From positions 74,586,001-74,650,000 of the forward strand of contig NC_092356.1 of the NCBI RefSeq assembly GCF_963676685.1: a stretch of DNA of 64,000 nucleotides. Direction: 5' to 3'. A program made the translations under genes and the position numbers. This stretch comes from Mytilus edulis (taxonomy: Eukaryota). The notes beneath the pieces are model-generated. The model was not told the origin of the DNA. It was given only the letters and a program-made list of their open reading frames with translations, and did not search any database. Below, in pieces: positions 25,794-38,868 of the stretch. Position 1 is the stretch's first letter, and the number at the start of each line of letters is the position of its first letter.

Positions 25794-27159
25794 CACTAAT
25801 GACTGTATCGGTTGACAGGACCAAATGAAAATGCTTATTACTTTTTCATTTTTCAAAGGATTGATCTCAAATTTAAAATATACTGAACGACTTTAGAAAC
25901 GCAACACTCGTTTTGTTGATTTTTTTTACCAAATCTTTTTTGATTCTCTTAAAAATACTTTTCATGCTTATCATGCTTCTTTCAATTTACAAAAAAACAA
26001 AATCTGACTCACCTGTGGTTATTGAACATACCGAATTTTTGAAGTCGCACGAATTTCTTGAAGCGAAATTTTGGTCCTATGAAAGATTGTTTCAGTTTTT
26101 TTTTGCTTTGTGAAAGAGTTCATTCAATCCTTTGCCTTACTTTTTTTTTTAAATGTTGCATCTCCATTTTGCCAAGTCTGAGAAATAAATAAAAACAAAG
26201 AACTGAATTAGCCCTTAAGAATACTGCAAACATGAAACATAAATGTGCTGCAACCATACCGTATGACTTCAGAAACTCGTCCTACTGTCCTTCCGACAAC
26301 GATACAAGTAGACAAGATTTGTTGCTGGCCATCAATGAACAGATCAACGTATAGTGACAATGAAACATCAACAGAATTTGATTATGCAACGTCATTTGTC
26401 AATCATGTTTACGGCCGCAACGTCAATTTCTAACCAAATTTTCGAGTGCCATTGAGTACAGATTCATGCAATAAATGTTTCCCATGAACTGCATTGCCAA
26501 AGAATTGATTGAAGGAAAACCTGTAAAGCCCTCAAGTTCCAACCGCATACTTGCCAAAACTAATCAATGGGTTAAACAAATGCAAAATCATAAGGAGTAA
26601 AACAGAACTCAAAAAATGTCAGACAGAATTTGTTGACCTTTCTGACAATCATTTGTTTGCATTTGTAACAGGCAGTCATCGCTTTTGACGTTGACACATT
26701 CATTCAAAAATAACACAAAAATAATCTAGTGTTGCGTTTCTAAAGTCGGTCAGTATATAATAAGATTTAATCATTTGATATATAGATCTAAGAAAAAAAA
26801 TGAAAAAAAAATATATGAAACTTACAAAAACGTGACATGACCAACTCTGATAATGACATGACCTACATTGACAATGACAGGATTAAATAAAAATGCTAAT
26901 ATTTTTTCTATTTTTCAAAGGAATTATCTCAGATTCAAAATATAAATGATATATGATATTTTGAATCTTAAATGTTATAAAAAATATAGATTTTTTTTCA
27001 AAAACATTCGAAAACGCTAACTGACCGGACCAAACTCGACAATGTCAGAACCAAATGAATTTGCTAATTACTATTTATTTCTCTAAATATTTTTCTGAAA
27101 TTTGAAATGTGTTGTTTGGTACTGTCATTCGGACCTGTATTTCGGTCGAGTCGTTAGTG
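25794..27159. mobile_element. Non-autonomous CACTA element (TA TSD)
   Basis: CACTAATGACT... / ...AGTCGTTAGTG, flanked by TA; GACAGGACCAAAT-like subterminal repeats; absent from the paralogous position at ~15320. Confidence 0.72.
25881..26755. mobile_element. Tc1/mariner-like TIR element nested in the CACTA element
   Basis: 28-bp TIR TACTGA(A/C)CGACTTTAGAAACGCAACACT at both ends, flanked by TA. Confidence 0.75.
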
Positions 27160-28817
27160 TATCCCACAATATTGCTATACATATTGGATATCAACATCAT
27201 TGTCGACGTTGCTTCGTTCCCCTATTTTTTACATGTCTCTTCCTAAATTTTACTATTTGCATTTATACATGCATGGATATTTCAAGGTTATTCTACTTGT
27301 TTGCATTGGATTTATTATTCTTTTTTGCCGCAGAATATTCTACAAAAATTGTACAGAGTCCGGATACATAAGGTGTGGTAAAACTATCAACACTCTCGTC
27401 GATTTCGTCAGATTTGTCAAGATATTTGTCTGGCTTGTCTTTGCCGATTAAAATTGATGTATGGGACGTCTCAAAAATATTCTCAATGTGCATTTGCATG
27501 AGATAGTTGCCACTTGACGTTTAACTACAAACAAAATCAATCAACCGACATAATAGATTAACAGTATTCTATTTCCAGAAGAGACACTCATATACTTTTT
27601 GTTTTTATTAAAAAGTACAAATAAATTAAGACATGTCAGTGTTGGTACCTGGATGATGCGGCCTAATTGTTATGTTTTAAACAGCATCCTGAACTACTAT
27701 CTCTAGTGACTGTTCAATGTTATAATTATGAATACAGAGATGAAATGCTGACACTCTCAATTGATGCGGATGCAAATTGTTTTCCAAAGTTATTGCCTAC
27801 ATTTGCGGTCATACTGAAAAGTGCACAGGATCGCCAGAAGAAGATATGTACAATCCATCGCAACATTTAAAAAGACCTCTGATTTATAATGCAGTCATAT
27901 AGAATTACATACTAAAGTGCACACATGGTCAGTTTTGATTCTTTCAAATAATTGTGTTGTACAAATCAGCATGAGGTATCAAGATTACTGAAATTTGTTT
28001 GAAATTGTTACGTATCAATATTTTTATTAAAAGGAGGACATGCTGGCCCCCCAAATTTATGCGAACAATTATTTGTTATTGTATTGTAATATTGCTGTCC
28101 ATTGTATTATACATTGAATCCTTACATTACAAAATATGGCTAATTTACTTAGCAGGTATATAGATTCACAAATTAAAGTGCACATATGGTCAGTTTTGGT
28201 TGAATGGTCAAATAATTTTGTTGTTTAAGGCAGTAAAAGGTATCAAAACTACTGAAATTGTCCTTCGCATGTTACGTATCAATATTTTGAATAAAGGACG
28301 ACATGCTGGCACCGTAGATTTATGCAAACAAATGGGACCGTTAATGTATGCAAACAAAAATTTGTTGTTATTGTATTGCAATATTGCTGTCCAATGATTA
28401 TACATTGAATCCTATCATTAAATATAAGGTTCATTTACTATAGATGCGGGTACATTTTTGTATATAGATTTACAAATAAAGTGCACATATGGTCAGTTTT
28501 GGTCGATGTGGTCAAAAAATTGTGTAGTACAAGTCAGCATGAGGTATCAAAACTACTGAAATTTGTTACGTATCAATACTTTGAATAACAGGAGGACATA
28601 CTGGCCCCCTTAATATATGCAAACAAAAAATGTTGTTATTGTATTGCAATATTGCTGTCCATTGTATTATACATGTGGTACATTGAATCCTGACACAAAA
28701 AAAATATATCTGTTTTACAATGCGGGTATAATGATTGACAAATTAAAGTTCACATAAGTAGTTATCAAAGGTACCAGGATTATAATTTAGTACGCCAGAC
28801 GCGCGTTTCTACTAATT

Positions 28818-31800
28818 AGAGATTTCCAATAAAATGACTTTACTCGACAAAACCGACCTAACTCAACGTATTTCGTCCTACTACATTGAAGCATGACGGA
28901 GGGGAGCATACACTGTATATAGATATAGGAAGATGTAGTCTGAGTGCCAATGTATACATGTTTTGCTCTTTGAACACGCATTGTTGCTGAAATATGCCTT
29001 CAGTAAAAAACAACCCCAGCTATTTTTTTTAACTCTTTAAATATTTTGTCATTAAACTTTGAATGATTTTTTTTACATAAATACTATAATGGAACAAGTA
29101 AATTAGCAACTTCTTATCAAACACACCATCATTTCTTGTCACTTCACTTGACCCATATTTAAGTTCTTCTCACATTATGAATTTTAAAAACTACCAGACG
29201 ACATTTAGCATACAAATATTAAAATAACGAAATCCGAAGCGAGAAGGTTGCCTTTTTATTGTTTTAAAAAGATTTAACGTTTAGAGTAAATTCCAACACA
29301 CCCGGATGTAAAAGGTGTACTCGACTTTTAAAACAAAATAATATTTTTCTATAATTTAATTGAAGATAATTTGATATGGGCAGAAATTCATATCAATGAT
29401 ATATTTTTCAAAAGTACTTTCTCGTCTTTACCTATACCAAATTATGGGGCGAGGTTTTTGTTCAAGTATACCTAAACTTGCATAAGAGGATACAGGGGAA
29501 GAGGGCGTACTCCCCCTTTTCGATCGTTAAATAAGTTTTAATTAAAATATCATGTTTTCCACAATATCATTTTTAGCGTATCATTGTCTAAATTGTTTTT
29601 TGCATTGCTTCGCTCGTCAGAGTAAATTCAATTATCGAAAACTACACCCTCTTTCAAATATCTTGGATCCGGCCATAATCACGAACTGTATTGCACGAAA
29701 AAAAAACTGAAATGATTGTCGTTTGACTTTGATAAATACTTTTTAAAAACAACAGTATCTGAAAATTAGGCATCTCGCATGTGATTTAAAAGTTTAAGAC
29801 TACAAACTGAATTAGATTTTTTTCCCGTGATTTAGTAGCTCACTCAATACATAAAATCTGCTATACAATTATGACCACTAATGGTCCTACAGATACTCTG
29901 TACTTTTGACATGACATAAGGTCTCGTTTTTCTAGACTGTCTATGATTTTTGTATTCTTAATTTGTGATATATACAAAAATCAAGGTGTAGTATGATTTT
30001 CAATGAAACAGCTCTTCACAAAAGAAAAAATGTCACAGAAATTATAACAACTTTTCTCCAACGAAGGGGTTTCAACAATGAGCAAAGCCTATACAGCATA
30101 GTCAGCTATAAGAGGCTCCAAAATTACAAATGTAAAACAACAAAAACTAACAGCCAAATAAATGTTAAAAAAACCAACGAAAACACAACAACAAACGATA
30201 AGCACTGAATTAAAAGCTTCTGACTTGAGACAGTCACATCCGTACAACGGCAATTGGTGTAACAGTACGAAATCAATATTATGAACGGGATAATTATTCT
30301 TTATTTATTAGTTTTAGTTGTTTTAAAGATAGTGTTCAGCATATGTGGATACTATCATTTCGGTACATGGAGCTTATTTGGAAATACTAGAAATGGCTAG
30401 CTGTTTTTATGCTTCGTTTCAGTCTCACGAGTCAATCCCTTTCTATCTGTTTTAATTGTGATCGTGATTATTCGATAAACATACGTCTATGATCTCAAAT
30501 GGCTATAGCTTGGTTATTTATAAAAACTATGTATCATAGATATGCATGCGTAAAATAAGTTCTCGACATAAACTGGCTAAAATATAAAATAAGAATTAAA
30601 CCTCACGTTATACTTACGACGAAGAAGCCTCAAGCTATATATAAGACATGTACTCACGACGAAGATTATGCCTCAAGCTATAGTACTTATGCTGATGATG
30701 ATACTGATGTATGTCTTATATCCAGCGACAAATATAACATATATATTGAGGATGATGAAAATTAATTATAATGATAAATACATAAACCTTTTTAAACATG
30801 CCCGACAATTAAGAGTCGCATTTTCATATGCTAGCTAACAAGAGAGCGTTACCACTATAAAGAAACACTTGTCTTTCTACGAGTAAACCAATACCTGCTC
30901 TTGCTCCTGTATGCATCATGCTTGGTGGAGAAGCCGAAAAATACAGTCTTAAAGTCATTCGACAAGGGGTCCAATAGAATAATTGAATTTGTATTAGAGA
31001 TTAGCCTGCTACCAGTCAATCCCATATACAAGTATATAATTATGAATATAAAATGTTTTTTTTGTCAGTCGTATAACACCTTCACTGGTGATCCTGTCAT
31101 TGGATCTGTCGCATAGTTGTCACTTTTATATATACCTCCAAAGCGAGACAAAATTTGAAACTTAAAATTTTAGTCAACCCAATCAATATATCATATGCGA
31201 TAGCTTTAGAATCTACTTTTAATTGAATAAATACGAGTAAAGAAAATTCCCGTAAAGACTGAAGTAACATTATAGTTGTCTCAAAAATGTGTAAAAACTA
31301 TGTAAATTGACATTCTCATCCACTTTAAATTGGAAATACTTGGGGACAGGATATTTTTAGCCAATTACTATAATAAGTTGATAGTTTACTATCCACAGTG
31401 GTCAATGCAGGTTATTAGTCATCAATATTATTGATAATCAAGTACACCTTCTAAATTACAATCTATATAACGAATTGGTGTACACATTTATTTACACACA
31501 TTATTATCAACTACAATTTTCTCTTTTTAATGTTCGTTGACTTTCATTTGAAAGAAAAGTATATGTCAACTACTAAATATTAAAGATGTACATGACCTGT
31601 AATGTTTTTTTTAAATATTAACTTCCCGTTGACGTACGTTTTCCCTGTTGAATTTGTTTTTACAAGATTGTAAATTGAGGAGATCAAGTGCAGAAGAAGA
31701 GAACGTTTGAAATGATACTTAATAAAGAATTATGCAAGCACAGTTTTCAACTTTAACTGAGACACGTTATGATAGTAACATTTTTTTTCTGAAATAACAA

Positions 31801-32282
31801 CAAAATCTATATAAATTAATATAAATTAATACCCGCGGACATTAAATATTATAAAACATTGAAAATCGAAAAGAAGAATCTATCTGATCACGACAAACAA
31901 AATCAATACAAATATCAAATAATATGTTCATTAAATTTTGCAATTATATCTGAAAAGCAAAGTCTTTGTCAAAACCATGAAAGACAACTTCCATGAATCG
32001 TATGATAGGTAACGATACGTATATATACGTGGTCTTATGTCAGTGAAGTTAGGCGGGAATCTCACTAATCACGTGATATATAAAAATCATGATTTCTTTC
32101 GTTTTTCATCATCTTAGAAATATTGATATTGATAAAATTTATTATGAATGGGTTTCATAGTTGAGGAATACTTAGTTAAAACTTCAGTAACGCTTTTAAC
32201 AAAATTAATTGGTTAGCAATAACCGGTCCCGTTACGTGCGTACGTCGAGTTAGGTACGTATGTCATTTTATTGGAAATCTCT
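28818..32282. mobile_element. Non-autonomous TIR DNA transposon (21-bp TIR, ATT TSD; possibly PHIS group)
   Basis: AGAGATTTCCAATAAAATGAC at 28818 and its reverse complement ending 32282. ATT at 28815-28817 and 32283-32285. Shared subterminal ACCTAACTCRACGTA. No convincing ORF. Confidence 0.82.
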
Positions 32283-32604
32283 ATTAAGACTCATCAGTGA
32301 CGCTCATATCAAAATATTTATAACCCAAACAAATACAAAGTTGAAGAGCATTGAGGATCCAAAATTCCAAATAAGTTGTGCTAAAAAAGGCTAAGGTAAT
32401 CTATGCCTTGTATAAGAAAATCCTTAGTTTTTCGAAATATTCAAAGTTTTGTAAACAGGAAATTTATAAAGATGACCACATAATTGATATTCGAAGTGCT
32501 GACTACTGGGCTGGTGATACCCTCGGGGACGAAACGTCCACCAGCAGAGGCATCGACCCAGTGGTGTAAATAGTTATCAAAGGTATCAGGATAATAATTT
32601 GGTA

Positions 32605-32646
32605 CGCCAAACGCGCGTTTCGTCTACATAAGACTCATCAGTGACA
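32605..32646 (-). ncRNA. Minimal type I hammerhead ribozyme with palindromic stem III
   Basis: UGUCA-CUGAUGA-GUCU-UAUGU-AGAC-GAAA-CGCGCG-UU-UGGCG. Core intact; GUU cleavage triplet; cut between 32610 and 32609. Confidence 0.88.
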
Positions 32647-35605
32647 CTCATATCAAAATAGTTATAATACATAAGGTCAGTTTTGATTGAAGCGGTCAAA
32701 TAATTTTGGTGTACAAGTCGGCATAAGGTATATAAAGTAATGAAATGTGTTACGTCTAAATTTTTTGAATAAAAGGAAAACATGCTGGCATTGTGAATTG
32801 ATAAGAACACAATTGTGTTGTTATTGTATTGCAAAATTGCTATCCATTGTATTATACATTTAATCGTGACAAAAAAATATGGCTGATTTACTACATTTAC
32901 TTGCGGGTATATAAAATTACAAATTAAACATATGGTCAGTTTCTTTCGACGGGTTCAAATAATTTTGTTGTACAAGGTAGCATGAGGTATCAAAACTACT
33001 GAAATGTGTTACGTATCAATATTTTGAATAAAAAAAAAAACATGCTTGCATTGTAAATTTATGCAAACATAAATGTGTCAATATTGCTGTCCCTTGTGTT
33101 TTGCATTGAATCCTGACAACTAAAATATGGCTGATTTACTTTGTTGGTATATAGATTTACAAATTACACATATTGTTAGTTTTTATCTACAGGGTCAACT
33201 ATTTGTGTTTTACAGGTCAGCATGAGGTATTAAAACTACTGAAATTTTGCTGCGTATCTAAATTTTGAATAGAAGCTGCACATGCTGGCACCGTAAATTT
33301 ATTTTAACATAAATTTATTGTTATTTCATTGTAATATTGCTGTCCATTGTGTTATACATTGAATTCTGACATAAAAAAATATGGCTGATTTACTATGATG
33401 GTATATAGATTTACAAATTAAAGTGCACATATAGTAAGTTTTGATCGATAGGGTCAAATCATTGTGTTGTACAAGTAAGCATGAGGTATCAAAACTACTG
33501 AAATTGTGTCACGTATTAATACTTTGAATAACAGAAGGACATTCTGGCACCTTTATTGTATGCAAACAAAAATTGTTGTTATTGTATTGCAATATTGCGG
33601 TTCATTGTATTCTATAATGAATCCTGACATTAAAAATATGGCTGATTTACTAGCCGGGTCTCTAGATCTAAAAATTAAAGTGCACATATGGTAAGTTTTG
33701 GTCTATGCGGTCCATTAAACTTTGTTGTAAAAGTCAGCATGAGGTTTCAAAACTACAGAAATTTTGTTACGTATCATACTTTGAATAACAGGAGGACATT
33801 CTGGCACCTTAAGTTTATGCGATCAAAATTTGTTGTTATTTTATTGCAAAATTGCTGTCCATTGATTATATGTTGTATCCTGATATAAACAATATGGCTG
33901 ATTTACTATTTGTGTATATAGATTTACAAATTAAAGTGCACATATCGTCAGTTTTGATCGACAGGGTCAAATAATTTTGTTGTACAAGTCAGCATGAGCA
34001 AACAAAACTACTGAACTTTTGTTACGTATTGATACTTTCAATGTCAGGAGGTCATGCTTGCAGCCTAAATGTTTGTTGACAAAAATCTGTTGTAACTGTA
34101 TTGCAATATTGCTGTCGTTTATATTATATATTGTTTTCTGACATATAAAAATATTAATGATAAATTTACTATGTGGGTATCAATATTTACAAATCAAAGT
34201 GCACATATGATCAGTTTTTATTGAAGCAGTGAAGTAATTGTGTTGTAGAAGTCAGCTTAAGGTATCAAAACTACTGAAATTTGTTACGTATCTATATTTT
34301 GAATAAAAGGGAAAATGCTGGCACCCAAAATTTATGAAAACAAACATGTGTTGATATTGTATTGGAAAATTGCTGTTCATTGTATTATAAATTGAATCCT
34401 GACATAACAAATATGACTGATTTACTACATGTACTATGCGGGTATATAGAATTACAAATTAAAGTGCAGATATGGTCAGTTTTGGTCGATGTGTTTAAAA
34501 ACAATTATTGTATGAGTCAGCATGAGGTATCATAACTAATAAAATTGTGTTACAAATCAATATTTTGAATAAAAGGAGGACATGTTAGCACAGTAAATTT
34601 ATGCATACAAAAATGTGTTTTTATTTTATTGCAATATTGCTGTCCATCGTATTATGTATTAAATCATGACATAAAAATATGGCTGATTTACTATGTGGTT
34701 ATATAGATTTACAAATTACAGTGCACATATGGTCAGTTTTGATTGAAGCCGTCAAACAGTTTTGTTGTACAAGTCAGCATAAGGTATTAAAACTATTAAA
34801 ATTTGTTACGTATCAATAAATTGAATAAAAGGAGGACATGCTGGCACCCAAAATTTATGGGAACAAAAATTTGTTGTAATTGTATTGCAAAATTGCTGTA
34901 CATTGTATTATAAATTGAATCCTGACTTAACAAATATGACTGATTCACTATAGCTACATGTACTATGCGGGAATATAGAATTACAAATTAAAGTGAACAT
35001 ATGGTCAGTTTTGGTCAATGTTTTTTAAATAATTTTATTGTATCAGTCAGCATGAGGTATCAAAACTAATGATACTGTGTTACGAATCAATATTTTGAAT
35101 AGAAGGAGGACATGCTAGCACAGTAAATTTATGCAAACAAAAATGTGTTGATATTTTATTGCAATATTGCTGTCCATCGTATTATGTATTGAATCCTGAC
35201 ATAAAAATATTACTGATTTACTATGTGGGTATATTGATTTACAAATTAAAGTGCACATATGGTCAGTTTTGATTGAAACAGTCAAATAATTTTGTTGTAC
35301 AAGTCAGCTTGAGGTATCAAAACTACTGAAATTTGCTACGTATCAATATATTGAATAAAAGAAGGACATGATGGCACCCTTAATTTATGAGGAAAAAAAT
35401 TTGTTGTTATTGTATTGCAATACTGTTGTCCATTGTAGTTTATATTAAATTATGACATAAAAAATATGGCTGATTTACTATGTGGGTATACAGATTTAAA
35501 ATTAAAGTGCACATACATTTTTATGGTCAGTTTTGGTCGATGACGTCAAATAATTTTGTTGTATAAGTCAGCATGAGGTATCAAAACTACTGAATTTTTG
35601 TTACA

Positions 35606-35988
35606 TATAAAAAAGTAGATGTGGTATGATTGCCAATGAGACAACTATCCATAAAAGACCAAAATGACACAGACATTAACAACTATAGGTCACCGTACGG
35701 CCTTCAACGATGAGCAAAGTCCATACCGCATAGTCAGCTATAAAAGGCCCCGATAAGACAATGTAAAATATTCAAACGAGAAAATTAACGGCCTTATTCA
35801 TTGTTATTTATGTGAAAAAATGAAAGAAAAAACAAATATGTAACACATAAACAAACGACAACCACTGAATTACAGGCTCCTGACTTGGGACAGGCACATA
35901 CATAAATAATGTGACGGGATTAAACATGTTAGCGGGATCCCAACCATCCCCCTAACCTGGGACATTGATATAACAGTACAGCATAAGA
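35606..35988 (-). mobile_element. Short twister-bearing retroelement (family 2)
   Basis: Reverse complement of 59935-60302. Tail-only fragments at ~5176-5270, 6090-6130, 28920-28950, 29975-30240 and 54430-54528. Confidence 0.75.
35873..35959 (-). ncRNA. Twister ribozyme copy (repeat family 2), partly mutated
   Basis: CAGGUU-AGGGG-GAUGG-UUGGGAUCCCGCUAACAUGUU-UAA-UCCC-GUC-...-GCCUGUCCCAAGUCAGG-AGCCUG. GAGGG is mutated to GAUGG. Confidence 0.7.
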
Positions 35989-36935
35989 ATATCAATATAT
36001 TGATCAAAAGGAGGACATGCTGGGACTCTTGACTGGTGCAGACAAAATTTTGTAGTCATGTGTTTTAATAATGCTTTCATTTTGTAAGAATATCAATATA
36101 TTTATCAAAAGGAGGACATGCTGGGACTCTTGACTGGTGCAGAAAATTTTTTGTAGTCATGTGTTTTAATGATGCTTTAATTTTGTATAATAAATTCTAT
36201 CCTGAAAATAAAATATTGCTGATTGTATCTACATAAATCAAGGTCGTGTAACTAATAATGATGTATTTATGTAACTAACATTTTATATACGTCCTTGCAT
36301 AGATATACATAATTAAGTTAACAGTTAATTTAATAAAATGACTATATAATAGATATACATGATTAAACTGCAGTTTTGAGTAGCTATAGATGAAAAATTA
36401 ATACATTACGAAATCACAGCCCTGTAAGCCATAGTCAATGTAACGCCCAATGTGACGTCACATGTAAATTTCTAAAATGTGTTCCGAAAATTCATAGAAT
36501 TTGGATGAAATTCAAGATTATATTTGTATGACTCATCTAACTTATATTAATAACAGTGAAAATTATAATACTAATTAATATTTAATTGAAGTAGTTATTA
36601 GATAATTAATTGTATTATCTAGCTTTGTGGTTGTTTCTTCTGATCAAACTGTGAACCATTTATGACTGGTTCGAAGTTAACTTATTGCAATAGCGGACCT
36701 GTTTCCATGTTATTCTTATGGAAGACATAAAAACAGTCCTAGGATCAAGTCCGCTAGATTTTGGTCCTATGGCTGGTCAGAGCAGTCCTAAATCCGGTCA
36801 CTGGTTAACTTTGACCTGTCCAAAATGACTGGTTATCAAGTACAATTGCTGTACAGGTTCGGACTGCACCCATCTATATATTTGTATTGTAGTCCTGTCA
36901 TGTAATATTGTCATTTAAATGATGATATCAACATT

Positions 36936-37027
36936 GGCATTAAAGCGGGAGGTTTGGCATTTCACAAAACCAGGCTCAACCCACCCTTTTTATTTCAAAA
37001 TGCCCTGTACCCAGTCAGGGAAATGGC
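36936..37027 (+). ncRNA. Twister-like ribozyme copy (family 3), degenerate
   Basis: AAAGCGGGAGGU...CAACCCACC...CCUGUACCCAGUCAGG; L4 and the palindromes are mutated. Confidence 0.55.
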
Positions 37028-37577
37028 CATTGCTATATTTCAGTTTCTGTATGTGTTACATTTTAATGTTGTGTTTCTATTTTGTCGTAGTAATCATAGA
37101 TTTGATGCGTTTCCCTCAGTTTTAGTTTGTTACCCGGCTTTGTTTTTTGTCTGTCGATTTATGAATTTTGAACAGCGGTATACTGATGTGGCCTTTGTTT
37201 GTATAATATTATATACGTCATATTAATTAATTATCGTAGTTCAATTTAAAAGTTAAGCGTTTTATTTCGTCTACATTGATATAAAAGAACACCGGGGTAT
37301 TAAGATTGACAATATCTTAGATCAATGAATTTGAAACAAGAAAGGAAACATTGTACATTACAATACGATAAATAATTAAAATAAAATATAAAATTCCCCT
37401 TTCGAGAAATTAAAAAGCAAATACTAAAACACGTTCTTTTTCCGTTTTTGGTTTTCGAGAAATCATAAACGATAAACGGAAACAGTCTTTTTTTTTTTAT
37501 TTCAAAAAGAAAAACAAAGAATGGACACAATTGTACCATGAATACAAGGACCATTAAGACGATTTAATATTTCGAAA

Positions 37578-38154
37578 GGAGTAGGTCCGGTAAGAACTCA
37601 TTTTGGCCTCAAATTTCAGTTTCATCTGACGAAAGATTTTGACCCCTTTTTAAACACTTAAGTGTCTATTTTACTTGATTCAATTAGTTTTTGTGAAAGA
37701 TTTTAACTAATTAAGTCATTGAAAACGATCCGATTCAAGCTCAAATATGAAAAATCTCTCAAATATGTCAAAAAACGTCACTTTTCAGATGGTTTTTGTC
37801 AAAAATGAAAGTGGCCGCATCCTGTTCATCCACAATGTTTATATATGTTATGTATTATTATAAAATATGGCTTACATTTCAATATTATGGATGAACACGA
37901 ATGCGGCCACTTTCGTTTTACACGGAAACCGTCTAAAATTTAATTAAAATGATAGAGTTTTGAAGATTTCAGTAATTTAGCATGACTTAATGGTGCTACA
38001 AGCCGATATTTGTGCATTGTATTGTCAAAAACAGCCCATATTCATGTAGCAGAAGCATTCAACTGTCCAATAAATAACTAAAAATTTACATTTTAACAAT
38101 TTTGTAAAACTGCCATATATTGGGGCCAAAAAGGGGTCTTACCGGACCTACTCC
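37578..38154. mobile_element. Spy-like MITE (no TSD, AAA|TTT target)
   Basis: TIR GGAGTAGGTCCGGTAAGA, flanked by AAA and TTT. The paralogous empty site reads AAATTT at 49827-49832. Confidence 0.82.
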
Positions 38155-38868
38155 TTTGTTTTTAAAGAAAAATTATCGTTCACTAGAAGTGCGGACAGTT
38201 ATTGTCTTTTTTTATTATATATTTTAAAAAATACTGACATTGTGAAAAAAAGCAAAAAACATAAACGTACGTATAGTCTTAGAATGGTGATGTCACATAT
38301 CCTAGACTAATGTATGATACCCTTATCATATAGTTTATGGTATTTTTAGAAACACAATTGCGTCTAACTAAACAGTGCACCAAATCTAGCAACTGATTAT
38401 CCTTAATTATGTTACTTGTGTTACTTATGTTGATGCAGAAATGCAGGCAGATAACATGTGTCCTTTTTATAGTCAGGATCATAACGATACCATTTAACAT
38501 TTGTACTCTGAACATTTTTGAGCTCTTCAAACGTCAAGTTTCAAAGGATTTGATGACAACAAAATACCAAGACTGTTATACAAAAATTGCACAAAATCCC
38601 TTCATAGCATTCATAAGCAGTCACGCTACACATTCAATGAAAATCTGTAAAATGATTGTTCAAGATGAGAATTAACTCATATGCCTATAATTGATATTAG
38701 AATGTTCAGTGTTATTAAACTTTAAAGAAGACTATGTATCGCAATTCACCATAATAATTGCTTTTGCAAATTTCCTCCCAATTCGTTCCAACATATCACA
38801 GTCCAGATTATTGGACAACCTATTGTTGATACAGAAAATATTCCGTTCCAACCATAATGCCTATGTGT

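Larger units (their letters stand above)
28759..32668 (-). mobile_element. Hammerhead retrozyme (~346-nt unit, two HHR-containing direct repeats), split by a 3.5-kb DNA transposon
   Basis: Direct repeat TAGTTATCAAAGGTA.CAGG...TACGCCA.ACGCGCGTTTC at ~28759 and ~32571. ACATAAG is duplicated at 28752-28758 and 32669-32675 inside a satellite monomer. Confidence 0.8.
27905..35605. repeat. ~258-bp satellite array, opposite orientation (27905-28758 and 32669-35605)
   Basis: Recurrent CACATATGGTCAGTTTTG...GTCAGCATGAGGTATCAAAACTACTGAAAT...GGAGGACATGCTGGCAC. Confidence 0.92.
25380..36876. mobile_element. Third, greatly expanded copy of the CAGATGGG element (left terminus lost)
   Basis: 25380-25790 and 27170-27770 align with 14870-16075. 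Right terminus AGGTTCGGACTGCACCCATCT at ~36856-36876. Contains about 14-15 satellite units and several nested elements. Confidence 0.75.

Noticed and set aside
26245-26433. Tc1 transposase remnant
   Set aside because: Only vague similarity; no DDE/D motifs recognisable.
27905-35605. CRISPR-like array or repetitive protein gene in the tandem repeats
   Set aside because: Whole 258-bp monomers repeat with no unique spacers, there are no cas genes, and the short ORFs are frame-inconsistent.
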